Source of the DNA: Sphyrna mokarran
Taxonomy: Eukaryota
NCBI GenBank assembly: GCA_024679065.1
Contig: JAGIQG010000023.1
Location: 41,230,001-41,294,000 of the forward strand
DNA length: 64,000 bases
Reading direction: 5' to 3'
This document shows positions 1-14,073 of the stretch, piece after piece. Both the position numbers and the translations under genes were made by a program. Every line of letters starts with the position of its first letter. Position 1 is the first letter of the stretch. The notes beneath the pieces were generated by a model, which worked only from the letters and a program-made list of their open reading frames with translations, did not search any database and had not been told where the DNA came from.

Positions 1-119
1 TCGAGAAAATATTCAAAGCTAAACTTAAAATTGCTAAAATTAGGATACTAGAATATATATGGAGATAAAAGTTATGTTTGTTATATAAAAACATATTAGA
101 CAATTCCCCCTCCCTCCCC

Positions 120-560
120 CTGAACACTTAGCAGTTTTGGGCACCACACCTTAGTGGGACATATTGGCATTAGAACCAATGCAGTGTAGATTTACCAGAA
201 TTTACTGGATCCAAGGATACAATTATGAGGAGAGATCTCAATTTAGGAGTGTATTCCTGGAATTTAGAAGGCTTCTTGGTGAACAGTAGATGGAGCAACA
301 ATATCTCCTGTGGTTGGGGTGTGAGAAAATTTAAAAATTATAGTCAGACCTTTTAAGAGTGAAATTGAAACATTTTAATGCACAGAGAAGTTTGGAACTG
401 CCATTTCTGGAAGAGAATCAATATTAGATAAATTGTAAACTTTAAAACTCATGTTGATAGACTTTAATGAAAGGTATTAATGGATACACAAAGATGATGA
501 TTATATGGAGTTGGGTTGCAGATTAGATGTGAAATGAGAGGGTCAGACTTGAGATTCTTG
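120..560 (+). mobile_element. Old CR1-type LINE 3' fragment
   Basis: Degenerate version of the RT C-terminal sequence seen intact at 24700-25182 (cagttttgggcaccacac, agatttaccagaat, tatgaggagagat). Confidence 0.7.
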
Positions 561-1747
561 GCTAAATATTAAGGGAATTAATTTCATTTTCTCATTGACT
601 ATTAAAAACACTTCCTTGTATTTTTGTTCCATATAAACATGAACAATTTTTTATGTTCCCTTTCCTGAATCTGCTTAGCAGATCAGCCCCATCAGTTCTT
701 CACCCAATTTTGTCTATTTTGATGTGAATCTGGGTAGTGTCTGTCAGCAACTTTGCAGGCTACCACAGTCAAGCCTAATATTAGTCACAACTAATGTCCA
801 CTATTTATACACACATCTTGAAGCAAGAATGCTCTAGCTGCTTTTATTTTCATTCACATAACACAGGGGTGATAAAACTTGATTACATTACACCTAGCTC
901 ACCATCAGCTGACATAAGACCAGAGTGGCTGAGGCTCTTTGCTTAATTTTTGAAAAATTCTGAGTTTGCAAAGTTGTTCAACTGAATTCCATTGGCATTC
1001 ATTTCAGAAAGCTGTTGTGAAGTGGTGACAGGTTCTCTGGTAATCCTCAAGTTAGAGTGGGAATCCCAGGGGATTGTAGCAGAATGCTGCATGAGTAATT
1101 TCCAAGAATGCCAAAAAAAATCCTTGTTCTGCACTAAAGGGATTTCCCCAAGCTATTCCCCACTTCATATCAACTGCTTGAAGCATAGCTTCATAGAATT
1201 GCACGTGGTCTTGTAAATGCATAAATCATTATGCCAAGCTTTGGCAGAGACTTTGGTAAACACCTGCCAAACCAATATAAACTTCTCTGTAAATGGAAGA
1301 AGTGCCTTTCTCAAGCCAACAGGTTAAACTTTACAAACTGAACTTGCGCGTATAAACTGACTTTCAATTCTTTGACGTTTTGTTATATTCCCCAGCTTAG
1401 GTAAAAGTATTAATGTTATGGTAATTAATAAGGGTGTACAAAGTGATTTAATTGCAAGTTGTTCATGCAATTAATGGAGGAAAAGCTGTTAATAATTGAA
1501 TGGAAACATTATTAACCCATTCCTAAGTATTAGAAATTGCTTGATCATGTATCTACTGGAAGGAATGCACTGCACAGTGGAGAGGTTGTGCATGTATGGC
1601 TTTCTTAGTGTTTTCCATATTGCAAGCTTTGAAGAGCTTGATAGTGTATATGGGTTTTGTCTGATTGTGGAAATATAGTTCAGTGCCACCTTCTCATAAC
1701 AAGAGACAGCTTAAAGGTAGAGGCCCACACTCTCCTTCATTGATGCA

Positions 1748-1773
1748 CCCCCCCCCCCCCCCCCCCCCCCCCC
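1748..1773. repeat. C26 homopolymer (G-run on the minus strand)
   Basis: Direct read. Confidence 0.95.
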
Positions 1774-4407
1774 AACCGATCCTCATGCTTCCTGACCCCA
1801 CTCAGCCTCGCTTTCAGAAGGCAAAGGCAGAAGCCGTAAAAATATGCATATTTTTGTAGATGACTACTTTTTAACTTGTAAAAGCGTATGAATAAATGCT
1901 GAATTGAAATCCAGGCTTGGCCCTCGTCAGAATGATGGTAAAGATGATCAATATTGCAGTGAGTCCTGAGGCAAGCAAATACGGAACTTGCTATGCAGCC
2001 AGTGACATAATTGCCGTGCAGGCAGGATGAGCTAGTCCAGTGCAGGAGCAACTACTCCACAATCAACAAAAGGCACATGCTACCATTCAGCATGTTTGAG
2101 TCTGTTTCAAAAATAAAAGTTAATTTCTGTACTTCCACTCTTAAAATCAAAGAAGTTATTGCTGTAAATTCATGTCAGTGGCATGTCCAATGAGTCCAAG
2201 TCAAATATCAATGGCTTGGTCTGGCAAGATTCTGTTCTTTGTCCCAGAGACTTTCTGAAGGCCAGTCTTGAGTGATGGTGGTTAGAATATTCAGCATGTA
2301 CCACTGCAGCCATTATGTCCAGCCAGCAATGGTCCATTTTTAAAATAGAATACTGAAAAGAGACAGATTTTTAAGATTTTCTTGCTTCATCTCTTGTTGG
2401 CATGGCAGTTTAGATTTTACCAGTTTTTGATGAGTCTGAAAGAGCCCAATAGGAGTCTGACTTTGCTGCTGAAAGTAATCAGCCTCTGATTGGATGACTA
2501 ATGCATTGACCTTGTTGCCTTTGGGAATAAGGACACTGTGGTTCAGGGAGCTATCATTCAAAGCAGTGAAAACAGTTTTTCAGTAACTGAAAAATCTTGC
2601 ACAAAAATAATGCGCAGTAAATGTATTGGCGAAGTTGTATACACACTCATTTTGTAGGTATTCTCTTTTGCTTCAATAACCCTTTAGGGTTGAAATTGTA
2701 CTTCTAACAAGAAATGTAGCAACATTTCAACTGAAGTGTCACAGGGAGCAGTATAATAGTTGGGAGTTATAAATTTCACATTGCAGTCAAATACAAATTC
2801 AAGCAAGATAGCCATGTGATAGCTTGGTTAGGGATTCCCTTGGACTTCCCAATCATTTTCCAAATGTTACTTAGATCTTCAATATTATGAGAAGGTGAAT
2901 TTTCCAGGTAGTAGCCTTTTGCATTTAAAAATTAAACACTTGATGTCATTGCATATGTAATGTTCTGTCCTGCCCAGAAGAAAAATGCTGGCATTATCTG
3001 ACTGGCACCAATGCTATAGCTCCGGTGGAATTAACACCAAAAGAAAATTACAGTTTCTATTCAAAGAAATGCACAACACATGTAAATAGATAACCTGCAG
3101 ACATCTTGAATTCAGTGCTGCTGTGAATATTTATTAGTGGAGTTTTGAAGAACAGACTTTGGCTCCTGCTGTTCATAGTTACACTGAATTTAAGCAAACT
3201 TTGGAACACTTACTCATATCTGAGCAAAGGTTAAAAGTTTATATAACTGTGTCTAATAGCTTCAAGCTAGATTGAAGTGATTGAGTTCTCAAGTTTAGAA
3301 TAAATAATAGATTTAAGTAAAACATAAGTGGAGATATATAAAACTTCAAAACCAGCTGTACTGAGATTTTAAGACTCAGTACAAAAAAGAATTTCTACTA
3401 CAGCGTTAGTTCTGGTTTTTTTTTGAGCTGTGTAACACTGACATAAGGTACTGATGAGTACAAATCTGTTGCTTTGGGAGTAATCTAAAGCAATAAATCC
3501 AAGAGTTATATTGCAATTTAATCTATCAATTTTAATTTTACTAATTCCCTTCCATTGTCAACTTTGAACCAGATTATGCACGTGCTTTGTTAGTTTGCCA
3601 AGGTAATCACTATTCATCTGTGAAGTGTTGCCAAGCTGTTTGGCCATTTGATGGAACACTATCTTTTTTCTGCTCCCTCCTTTGCTTCTCTTCCAGTCCC
3701 TTAGAATGGATATTTGAAAATATTGCAGCATTTTTACTAGTTCTGTCAGCAAATTTAGCAGACACCAATGGTTAAATCTAGACCTAATTGCTCTTAGTGA
3801 TTCAGCTGCTTATGAGGTATGTTGCTGAACTTCTCGGTTGTTTCATTATACAACGGTAAATCTTTTGACTTTATTGGTTTCGTTCAAATCATATGATACC
3901 AAAAAACAAATTTGGCCTATTCAGCAATATCCAAAGAAAACACTGTCCTAGATCCTAAAATGGGTTGCAATTTTTGAGCTCTGGGGCAGTGTACCTGGGA
4001 ACTATCCTCCAATAGTGCTGGGGCCACCTCCACCAACCTAAGAAGTTCCCAAGTAAAGTTTGTATAGCAGTTGCCTGGGAAATGCAAACTTCCTTTGGGT
4101 AACTGCTCTGCATCACTCAAAAATGTCATTTAAATTTCAAATTTCAGATGGTTCTGACTGTGTTACATCAAGTTAGAAGGATTAAAGCCACTTCTAATTT
4201 TGGATAAGTATTGTACAGACTAGCACTGACCCCCATCCCCTTCTCCTCCTCCCTTCCTACTTGGACTTTCCCCACCCCTAGACCACCAGGAGATAACCTT
4301 TTCTCTCCCTCCCTTCCCTAGAAGAGTTTATTTTCCCTATTTTTCAGGAACATAATTGAATCTTGATTAGCAAAAATGATTCTGTATGACCAACCTGAAA
4401 GAAATCA

Positions 4408-4575
4408 AAAGATGTGCAAGTTAAGCTGTTTGACTATGCTAAATTGGCCCTTAGTGTCAGGGGATCAACAGGATCGATATGTGGAGTTACTGGAGTAAGG
4501 CCTGGCTGGGATTGTGATTGGTGCAGGCTTGACTTACTGAATAGCGCCTCTCTGTGTTGTAGAGATTCTATGAAT
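4408..4575 (+). mobile_element. Truncated HE1-like V-SINE 3' part
   Basis: aaagatgtgcaagttaag...tgctaaattggcccttagtgtc, similar to the copy at 45410-45600. Confidence 0.65.
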
Positions 4576-6178
4576 TCTTAGAGATGATGGAAACAGTAGA
4601 TCAGGATAATGTAGTAAATATCTCGTATGGGCTTTTCAACAGGCCTTTAATAAGGTATCACAGGGTAGACTCATGATAAAGATGGTATGGGGACAAATAA
4701 CTGGGTGGCTAACTAGCCAGGAAATTAGAAAGCAAAGAGGAGGAATAAGTATAATTCTTCCTTTGGGGAGCCAGCGCAAGTATGGTAACCTACATAATCT
4801 TGTTCTGTGCTAAACAATTTTGTGATTCTGTTTTAATTAGTGTTTAACTGCTTTACTGGCAGAAAATGAGCAATTTGATCATTGATGCCTTGGAGAAAAA
4901 TAGATTCGTTCTGATTTTGCTTTTTAAAATTTAATATTAAGGACATCTCTGAAATGTAACTGTTTTTTAAAAAAATGACTCCCAGAGGCAGTGGTAGACA
5001 GATGACCAGAATTGCTTGAAAAAATAAAAAATAATGCTATTGCAATTCTCTTGGCATTAAAAATCACAAATGGCATCTTGCCCTTGACCTCTTTCTGATT
5101 GTCCTGAAGTTGCTGCATTTTCATGTTAATTGCCCATTAAATTTGCTGCTGGAAGTCAAGTTTAATAATCAACAGCTGAAGTACCCTTTTAATGAGATGA
5201 TAATTGTTAATGACTGGCAATTAATCTCTCAGAAAATGAAAATATCTGCATGTCTTATTTCTTCATGCTGAATTATTAGAGATCTTAATGTCATTTTATT
5301 TTTAATTTAGTCTTAATTTTTCTTTGTCTTTTCTTTCTATAATCGTTTGTCATGGAAATTCAGTGCTAATTTACCATCTTTGTCAGACCTTCCTATTTGT
5401 TTCTCATCCACTAGTGACCATGGGTGAGGGTAAGGAGATACGCTGTTACATTTCCTGTCAAAGTCCCAGATGCCTGTTGCCTTTGCATTTTCATTATCAG
5501 ATTGCCCTTCCAGTAACTGCGGGCAACTTGTTCATGCAAGTTTTGGTTCTAATAGTGCATATCATGAGATGCCCTCATCTAGCAAAACCTGGGCTATAAT
5601 TTTAAGGTTTAATACTTGGACAATACCTGGCTGCGTTCATTGGTATTTTCTGCCCCTTCCTCTGCTTTGTAACTGGCCCTTTTCCTCTGCTCTGTCACAA
5701 ACCTCTGCTCCCATGCGCCGTAGCTAATCAGCTTCCCCCTTGCCCATCCCAATCTGTCTTTAACCCCCCCTTCCCCACCACTTTCCAGAATTAATATTCT
5801 CTTCCCCTGCTCTGTTAGAAAGTCTTCTCCTCCACCTGATAACAAACTAAACTATCCCTCCCTGCTTTGTAGCTGACCTCCTCTTCTCCCTGTTCACATT
5901 CAGAGTTTGACACAGTCCTGTCCATGCCAACTTGTCAAAATGATATTCTGGACCTGGGCAACTTTTTTTTGCACCTTTCCCATTATCTTAGTACTAATCA
6001 TTTTTGATCTCAGTAAATCATAACCGTAATCTATTTGAATTAGAACATGGGTAGCTATAACCTTCAATACTGGTGCACAATTAAATGGAGAAGTTTACCA
6101 AGTTTAGAAATTGATTTCCAGCATTATTTAGAATATATAGATATTTGAAGGAAATGTGATGTATTGCTAGTAGTTAGC

Positions 6179-6751
6179 AAAGCTTGTGGAATGGAGGGGT
6201 ATATAAAACTGATTTAAAATAGGGATCGTGAGCCTTGGGAGTCCCTGGGAAGTGTGTAAATAGATGATGATATTGATGTACTTGTTTTTATCCTACAGGT
6301 GCTTTGGTCCACCTTGTTGTCTAACGAGGGCATACACGCGATGGGTCGTGAGAGGACTGCTTTTGGACCTTTTTCGAGAGTATCCTACTGCTTCACATCG
6401 TTAGTGTATGCTTGACCTGGATCATCTGATAGGCAACACGACAGTGCAGTGACTATCGCTGTGCTGTGCAGATACATGGATTTGGGCCTGTGTCTGTGGG
6501 AGTTTGCGCATTCTTCCCGTGCTTGCGTGGGTTTTCTCCGGGTGCTCCGGTTTCCTCCCACATCCCAAAGATGTGCTCTTAGGATAATTGGCAAAACAAA
6601 TTCTCCCTAAATTGTCTCAAATTTGGTTTTTAATCCATAGATCTATAAACATGGACAGGGATCGCGTGCAGGAATGGGAACATCGAGGTAGCGGCATGGG
6701 CTTGTTGGGCCGAAGGGCTGTTTCCCATGCTGTTTTGTTCTTTGTTCTTTG
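6179..6751 (+). mobile_element. 5'-truncated CR1-type LINE with V-domain-bearing 3' UTR (copy A)
   Basis: Last ORF2 codons GMEGYIKLI* (stop 6215-6217), then a segment homologous to 25190-25390, V-domain about 6490-6585, gggccgaaggg tail and (ttctttg)n end. Confidence 0.8.
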
Positions 6752-6979
6752 AATCAGGCTTTGAAAGTAAAATGATCCAAATCTTAAATTTGAGTAGTGT
6801 CAATAATTGAGCTGAAGTAGGGATTGGTGATGTTATCGATAGTTGGGAGCAAGCAGAGGGGTTGCAGGAAGCTGTTAGCAAAAGTAAATCAAATTTTACA
6901 AATTGCAAAGAATCAAAAAAAACTATAATTGAACTGAAGATAGACCTAGAGGACTGTGTCTTCAATTTGTCACATTAGA

Positions 6980-7150
6980 TATGGTGCTGGCATAGTGGTA
7001 TTGTCACTGGACTAGTAACCCAAAGACCAGGGCATTCTCTGGAAACCCAAGTTCATTAAATAATCTGGAATTAAAAGTCAAATGAAACATTGTCAATTCT
7101 CATAAAAACCTATCTGGTTCACTTTGAGGGAAATGAACTTGCATGGCGAC
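6980..7150 (+). mobile_element. tRNA-derived SINE fragment (related pieces near 8690-8870, 11830-11950, 15835-15900)
   Basis: ggcatagtggtattgtcactggactagtaacc A-box-like head; aaaacc..ggttcact motif shared with the 8690-8870 piece. Confidence 0.55.
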
Positions 7151-8324
7151 TAGGTTGTTGGATATCCATTGAGCAGCATCTTGATGGGCTGAATGGCCTG
7201 TGAGCTGTTATGACAACTCAATATATTGAAGTTGTAGAATCAGTTAGTGATGAGTCTAGTTCTCTTGAATTTGTCATAGTGAACAAAAGGTGCTTGTGTA
7301 TGCAAAGGTCTCTCTAGTTCAGGCCAAGTCCCTCCATGTGGCCCCAGTTTTCAAAATACTGGTCAAGAGGCTAGTTTCCATGAAAGATTCGTTTTGGAGT
7401 TTACTCCTTCAATCACAGGCCACTCCTGTGTCTCTTTTGTTTCTGATAGGCTCGCAAATCCACCTACCGTGAGGGGAGTGCTTGCTGAGTCTGCTTTACA
7501 CGTGGTCCCCAACTTTTTTCTTGCTCTTACCATCATACACCAACACATGCACGAATGACCACTCACTAATCCACATATGCTGACCCTCTAACACTGGTTA
7601 TTTTTATTACTATTTTACATATTTGTTTATTTATGACATTGCTGTATTTTTGTTTAGCAATTGCTTCTTTTGCTAGACCCTCAACTTTTTTGAAATGCAG
7701 TTTATTGTTATGCTATTCCTTTCTGAAATTAGTTCATCAGCCCTTGAGAGATATGCAAATTTCTCTTCACCACCACTCATTTTCTGTGCGAAAATGTTAA
7801 ATGTTGGGCAGACCTGTTGTAGGTAGAGCACTGTAGAAAACAGGACCATTGCACCCAGTCCAATGCCGGCATCTCCATGTTGCAGATAGATCTCTCAGCA
7901 ATTGTTGGTCTTAACCCAGTGAATTACTGACCAATCTTTCATCGTCCTTGTAAATGGTTTCTTTTAGTCAAGATTATTTAGCTTTCTTAACAAAAAAATC
8001 CATGAGCCCATTCTTAACAAGCATGATACATTTAGATACTTTCAATCCAATTTTAGTGGACCCTGGAAATAACTTAAAAGTCGTGAATATAAATAAGTTT
8101 ACTCCTTTCTGGTAGAAATGCAAATCAATATATGGGAGTAAATATGGAGATTTTCACAGTAACTTCATTGCAATGTTAATGTAAGCTACTTGTGACTAAT
8201 AATAAACTTTAAATTGCTTTCTTGCAAGAGACAATAAGCTTTGTTTTTTTCAGAAGCTTAGGAACTTCTGAGAGTTCTTCAATGATTTCATTGAACCCAT
8301 GCTTTGAACATCCTAGCAACATGA

Positions 8325-8415
8325 CACGAAAAGAGAAAATGCTGGAAAATCTCAGCATGTCTGGCAGCATCTGTAAGGAGATTGATGTTTCAAGTCCAGT
8401 TGACTCTGTCAAAGC
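8325..8415 (-). mobile_element. Short Penelope-like fragment with 14-bp target-site duplication
   Basis: tcctagcaacatga at 8311-8324 and 8416-8429; body homologous to the arm of 30341-30561. Confidence 0.7.
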
Positions 8416-9179
8416 TCCTAGCAACATGATAGTTTGGTTAGAGTCTAAATGTTGTTGAAATCAAACAAATTGTATTATGGCATGTGTCCTTTCAGAAATT
8501 ACCTGATGCAAAGCCTCATACCTTTGTTTTGTAAGGTGTCGCTGTTGCAGCCCTGCTGTGATCAAAGCTGTTTCTTGCCAGTTTAACCATGAAGCACTGA
8601 AATCAAGAGTGGCATTTTTATAATTTTGATGTTGAGTTGGAGAACAATGTTGATAAAATGGTGCTAATCTAATAAACTAGAAGACACCAGAACAGCTGAC
8701 CATGAAAGCTTAGATTGTTGTAGAAACCCTCCAGGTTCACTGTCCTTTAGGGAAGAGACCTACCATTATTTGCTTCGGCTTGTATGACTGCAGTCCTATT
8801 ACGTGTGATGGTCAGCTTTTAATGCGTCTGGCATCAAAAGAGGCATAGAAAATATTGCCTTGCCAGTGACACTAACTTAAACAAGTTAAATTAAACAAAA
8901 TTTGAGGCTTTTGTTGTACACTAGTTAGCACTGTTTGTGTAATTTTTAACCATGTAAACATCCTGTTTGATCATACATATACTGTTGTATACTTAAAAGG
9001 ATTTTCATGGGAATTACTGTTGATCCAATTAACAAACTAGATAGTTTTATCTACAGCATTGGTCTTTTAAGATTGACTACAAGCAGCTTAATAACTAGAT
9101 GATCTGAAGACAAATATCTACCACTTGGTATTTAATTGTAGGTAGTTAAGTTTGTTTTGAACTGTGTACTTTTACACTA

Positions 9180-9530
9180 CATTGACACTAGACACCATCT
9201 CAGAAGTGCAAAGGTGCCATCTTTCAAACAAACATAAAAGTCAAATTCCCATCTGTTCTTTTGGGCAGATGTAAAAAAATCTTCTTTCGCTATTTGAAGA
9301 AGGAAGTGGGTTGGGTAAACAGGTATGATGTTCTCATGATATCCTTATCAACATTATTCCTATCTCAAAGTCACTAAAATTGATCTGGTAATTCATCTCT
9401 CTGTTGACAAGACCTTGCTGTGTGCAGATTGGCACCAGATTTGTTCGTATTATAATAGTCACTATGTCATTAACTGCGAAACACTTTGGAGTGCCCTGAG
9501 TTTAAAAAGTACTATATAAATGTAAGCATA
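9180..9530 (+). mobile_element. DeuSINE-like (SacSINE1-type) element
   Basis: aggtgccatcttt...gatgtaaaa...ctatttgaagaa...ctatataaatgtaag; homologous to 26825-27170, 50618-50990 and 58925-59170. Confidence 0.65.
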
Positions 9531-9783
9531 TCCTTTATACGGACCTGATCACAGAGTATGTATTTAAGTTCTTCCTGCCAGCCTAAGTTTGATATTTTTC
9601 TCCACAATAACAAAAATTAAGCACTGAAACCAAATGTTTAAAGTGTCACTTCAGGTAGCACACAAGAGCATAATAAAGGAGTTTAAATTTTCACTGGTTC
9701 AACTCCCTGACTGAGAACATAAACTTGATCGTTTTCACTGGGATTTACTTTTGTTAAATTCACCCATGTTTTTTGCTTTGCAG

Positions 9784-9900
9784 ATATCAATTTTTAGAAG
9801 AAGCATTTCAAAACCAAAAAGTTATTATTGAGACTTTAATGGCCAAGCTTCAAGAAAAGAAGAATTACGTGCAGTATGCAGCCAGTCAAGTACAGAATAG
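9784..9900 (+). CDS. TRIM33: TRIM33 coding exon, start of coiled coil (equivalent to human exon 5)
   Basis: ttgcag acceptor and gtatgt donor; 117 nt, phase 2/2; reads [39 protein letters not shown], matching the TRIM33 coiled coil. Confidence 0.96.
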
Positions 9901-10159
9901 GTATGTTTACCTTACTAAATGAAGCATAGCCATGTGGTGGTACCCTCATTTTTATTTCAATTATCATATCAGGGGTTTGATGTTTTCAGAATATGTTTTA
10001 ACAATTTGAAAGGGCACGCAAATTACTGTACCCTATAATTTGTTGTTACCCACACTTGGATATTGATTTGTTTCTTAAAATTGTTCTTATTGCAAAAAAA
10101 GAACTTTTGCTACCAGGTTGCAAGTGTTGAAATTTACTGGATAAATCTCCCAAGAATGC

Positions 10160-10640
10160 AACATAAGAACAGGAGTAGACCACATGGCCATCGAGGCTGA
10201 TCTGTCATTCAGTATGATCTTGGGTTTCGACCGCTTGCTCCCTATTGTCCTTAACTTTGAAAGACCAAAAATTATTATCCTTAGCTTTGAGACACCAAAA
10301 ATCAGTGTATCCCAGTTTTAAATGTATTCAATGCTGAAATATCTATAACACTCTCGGGTAGATAATTCCAAAGATTTACAACCTTTCAGTGAAGTAATTT
10401 CTTGTCCTCTTGGTCCTATATGATCGGTTTCTTATCCTGAGATTGTGCTCCAGTTTTAGATTTCCCGACCATCAGAAACAGCCACTCGTTCACCCTATCA
10501 AAACCCTTCAGAATTTTGTGTTTCAGTTAAATCCCTGTTGCTTATAACCTCTATAGGCCCAATTTATGAAATCTGTCATAATAGAATAACACCCTAATCC
10601 CAAGGACCAATTCAGTAAACTTTCACTGCACTGTTTCACT
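10160..10640 (-). mobile_element. CR1-type LINE 3' fragment
   Basis: Begins acataagaacaggagtagacca (reverse of CR1 tail), followed by reverse RT C-terminal sequence. Confidence 0.7.
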
Positions 10641-12799
10641 ACTGTTGTTAAAAGTTAACTTTCTCATTCAAAGAATATACAATCAGTTTAGGCTCCACTT
10701 AAGCCTCTTCCCAAGTCTACTTGCAGCTCTAACTCTATTAACACAGTCCTCAATCCTCGTGTTTTTCTAGCTCCTATTTCAGTGCATCTATACTATTTAT
10801 CTCAACCATTTCCCATGGTTTCCCTTTGCCAGCTAAATAGGTATGAGGCATGCCATTCTTTTGTCCCTCTCCACTCTAAAAGGGGAAAAAAAGGGTCAAA
10901 ATGCTCTTTTTGTACCTCCGGTTTGTCTGCAGTCTATTGCTTCAATAGTTAATCAACTTCCATATTATTTAATGGACATGTGGCTACCAGTTTCTTTTGG
11001 AAGATTTGTACAAAGCAACAGCATGTCCTCAAGTTATGCACATTAGAATTGATCAATGTAAAATAACGTTTTGCATCTTTTAACTCATTTTCTACTGCAG
11101 ATGTTATGGAGGTACACACATCTGATCATGAACGCTATGCTTAGTTACTAATAATTACTAAATCACAGTACAGAAAACAAATGCTGAGTGTTTTCATATT
11201 TGCCATGAATCTAGATATGGTACAATTAAAAATATTTCAAATGTTCATTGTCCAAAAGTCATCAACAATGTGGATGAATATTGAGCAAGAGGATGCAAAG
11301 ATGAAAATGAAATGGACAAAAATGATGATGTACTGAACATGTCTGGAAAATCCCAAATTTATGTAGAAGGAATCTTCAGAGATAAAGCCCAAACAGCCTA
11401 AAAGCAGTTAGTATGGAACTGCAGATGCTGAAGTAAAGACTCGGGTCGTTCGGTTTATCAAAACGAAGATTATTGCCAAAAAATAATAGAAGTCCTATAT
11501 TCTCAGAGTGGTAAGATGGACAGAAAAGTTCCAACTTGTCAATTTGCAACCAAGAAAAAATCTAATTTTCTATGTTTGAGTTTATGCTCTCCTTTTTTAA
11601 TGTGGATATTTATGGATTTTAAAACAGTGAAAAGAGTGTTGTCAGATGTTATTAGGGTGGAGGTTTTCAAGTTATTTGAGTCCATTGTGACTTTGGATGA
11701 AACTGAAAAGTCATGACTTCATGTTCCACCATAGCAAATAATGCAATTGAATTCAATCCAGAAATTGCAAGTTGCGGTCAGAAACATTGATTTGGAAAGT
11801 TGGAGTGTCTTGAAAAATTTAATTTATTCACTTAATATCCTTCAGGAAAGAAAACATGCCACCTCTAACCATCTGATACTATATATGACTCCAGTCCCAT
11901 TCTGCATACTTGATTTTTAATGCCTTGCTATTGTCACCCACATTCTAAGAAGAATTTTTTCAATTATATGTTTACCACAAACTCCATATTTTCTAGCGTA
12001 TAGATAATAAAGGAATGTGGGAATTGTAATTGGATACTGGTTTTCAGCTTTCAATGTATAATTTTATCCAGTGAGCCATACTTGAATTGGAGGTAGACAA
12101 TGCAGCCTTCAAACTTTGCTTAACAACACAGTTGTCAGTGGACTACAAGGAAAACACCTCAGAATATGCACTGTGAATTTCAGACAACAGTCTTAATATT
12201 CTCTGTAGTTTCGATGTTGCACAGTGTTAACACTCTCAAATAGCTATATTTTTGGATAGCTAGGAGACTAACTCTGTTGAAAGAGCATCTCTGGAGCAGA
12301 TATATCATTGGCCAATGGTACAAGGAAGGTAACCTTAGCACCAAGAGGCAGCAGGCTCAAAGCACAGCTTAAGCTGTTTGGCAATGGACATGAAGTTCTA
12401 TACTGAAAACAGAGCAGGGTCTTGGCATACCAAAAACCACAGTTAAAATGTATCAAGTGCCTTGACCTACAGAAACCAAGATCAATCCAGATTCATTCTC
12501 TAACATTACCACGTGTCTTGTTTGTCTCCCCATCATCAGTAGGATTAAAGATCAGCAATGGTGCAAGTAGAGCAGCACGTTTTCCTCAAAGGAATCGCGT
12601 TAAAAATCTTTGCACAAGATGATTGGAATTTTCTATTTGAGCGCAGTCAAATCTTTTTAGTCTTGAGTTAAGATGCTTAAAGGTAGCTTTCAAATTCGAA
12701 ATCTGGCATGATTCATTTGTGAAAGCCTTAGAAAACGTGCAATCCCATGATGCACTTCTGGCCACACATCTGGACCATTACTGAGGCATTATCTTACAG

Positions 12800-13110
12800 A
12801 ACAAAGAAATGTACTGAACAAGAACAAGCCCTTTGGCCCTCTAAGCTTGTGCTGATCGTGATGCCCTAACTAAACTAACAAAAAACCTTTTGCCCTTGAT
12901 CCGTATCCTCTATTCCCTCCCTATTCATATACCCATCCAGATGTCTCAAGTATTGCTAATATTTCTGCTTCCACCACCTCTGGCAGCACGTTCCAGGCAC
13001 CTACCATTCTCTGTGGAAAAACCTATCCTGCACATCTCCCCTAAACTCCCCCCTTTACCTTGAACTTGTGCTGCCTTGTATATGACATTTCCACCCTATT
13101 ACAAAGCCTT
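12800..13110 (-). mobile_element. CR1-type LINE 3' fragment
   Basis: gaacaaagaa...aagccctttggccc tail; gttccaggcacctaccattctctgtggaaaa is the reverse of FFTQRVVGAWN-type coding. Confidence 0.75.
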
Positions 13111-13124
13111 TCACCAGATTTGAC

Positions 13125-13590
13125 TACTCTATAACTTGTCTGCCTTATGTTCTATAATTTGACCTGGAAGTCACCCAAAACTTTTTGTATACCAAGTCTC
13201 ATTCACCCAGAATCCCAATACGCACTAGATTGTTGGCACCTGGTTAAAAAATGCCTCGATGTTAAAATGCTCAACTTTTCTTCAAACCCTTAATGGCCTC
13301 ATCCCTCGCTAACTCTAATTTTGTTCAGTTCTACAAGTCTCCAAAATGTCAAACTCCTTTCATTTCTGGCCTCTTGAGTTCCTCCATTTTAATTTTCCAC
13401 CATTGATGTCCATACTTTTAGCTGCCAAAGCAAAAGCTCTCAAACTCCTGCCCCAAATAGTCTTCCCTCTTTTTAAAGATGCTCCTTACAATCTTTTTTT
13501 TTTGCATAGCTTGATGTCAAATTTTGATGTCAAGTTTTATACCAGTGCCTTCAGGCAACTTTAGATGCTTTACCATATTAAAGATGCATG
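13125..13590 (+). mobile_element. L2-like LINE 3' fragment
   Basis: Degenerate cattcaccca...gcctcgatgttaaaat...ttcaaaccct, resembling the L2 HITP...LHWLP...RIDFKIL region. Confidence 0.5.
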
Positions 13591-13720
13591 TGGGTAAATA
13601 TTACTTTTCAAAGATCTTGAGATTTTGGTAAAGTAAAGGAACATTTCAAATTCTTTTGTGAATCAGATTTTAGAAAATGGTTTCTGCTCGATGACATTTA
13701 TTTACTTATTTCCATGTTAG

Positions 13721-13835
13721 GTTAAATGAAGTAACCGATACGAACAAGAAAGTTGAGCACGATATTAAAGTTGCCATCTTCACTCTCATTAATGAGATCA
13801 ACAAAAAGGGCAAGAATCTATTGCAGCAACTAGAG
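13721..13835 (+). CDS. TRIM33: TRIM33 coding exon, coiled coil
   Basis: tgttag / gtatga; 115 nt; [38 protein letters not shown]. Confidence 0.96.
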
Positions 13836-13926
13836 GTATGATGTAGTCAATGTTTGCACAGTAATTATATTCTAATGCTGCTGAAGATAGCCTCACATTG
13901 ACTGTCCTTCACTGCTTTTTCTACAG

Positions 13927-14073
13927 AATGTGACAAAAGAGAGACAGATAAAATTACTGCAGCAGCAACAGGATGTTACCAGTCTTGCAAGGCAGGTGGA
14001 ACACGTGATGAATTTTGCTAAGTGGGCCATTTCCAGTGGAAGCAGCACAGCACTACTTTACAGCAAGCGATTG
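13927..14073 (+). CDS. TRIM33: TRIM33 coding exon, coiled coil
   Basis: ctacag / gtaagg; 147 nt after a 91-nt intron; [49 protein letters not shown]. Confidence 0.96.

Noticed and set aside
1665-2051. Poly-Pro and poly-Gly ORFs
   Set aside because: Artefacts of the C26 run; no recognisable homology
1-9783. Search for upstream TRIM33 RING and B-box exons
   Set aside because: No matching Cys/His-pattern exon seen; they presumably lie left of the window
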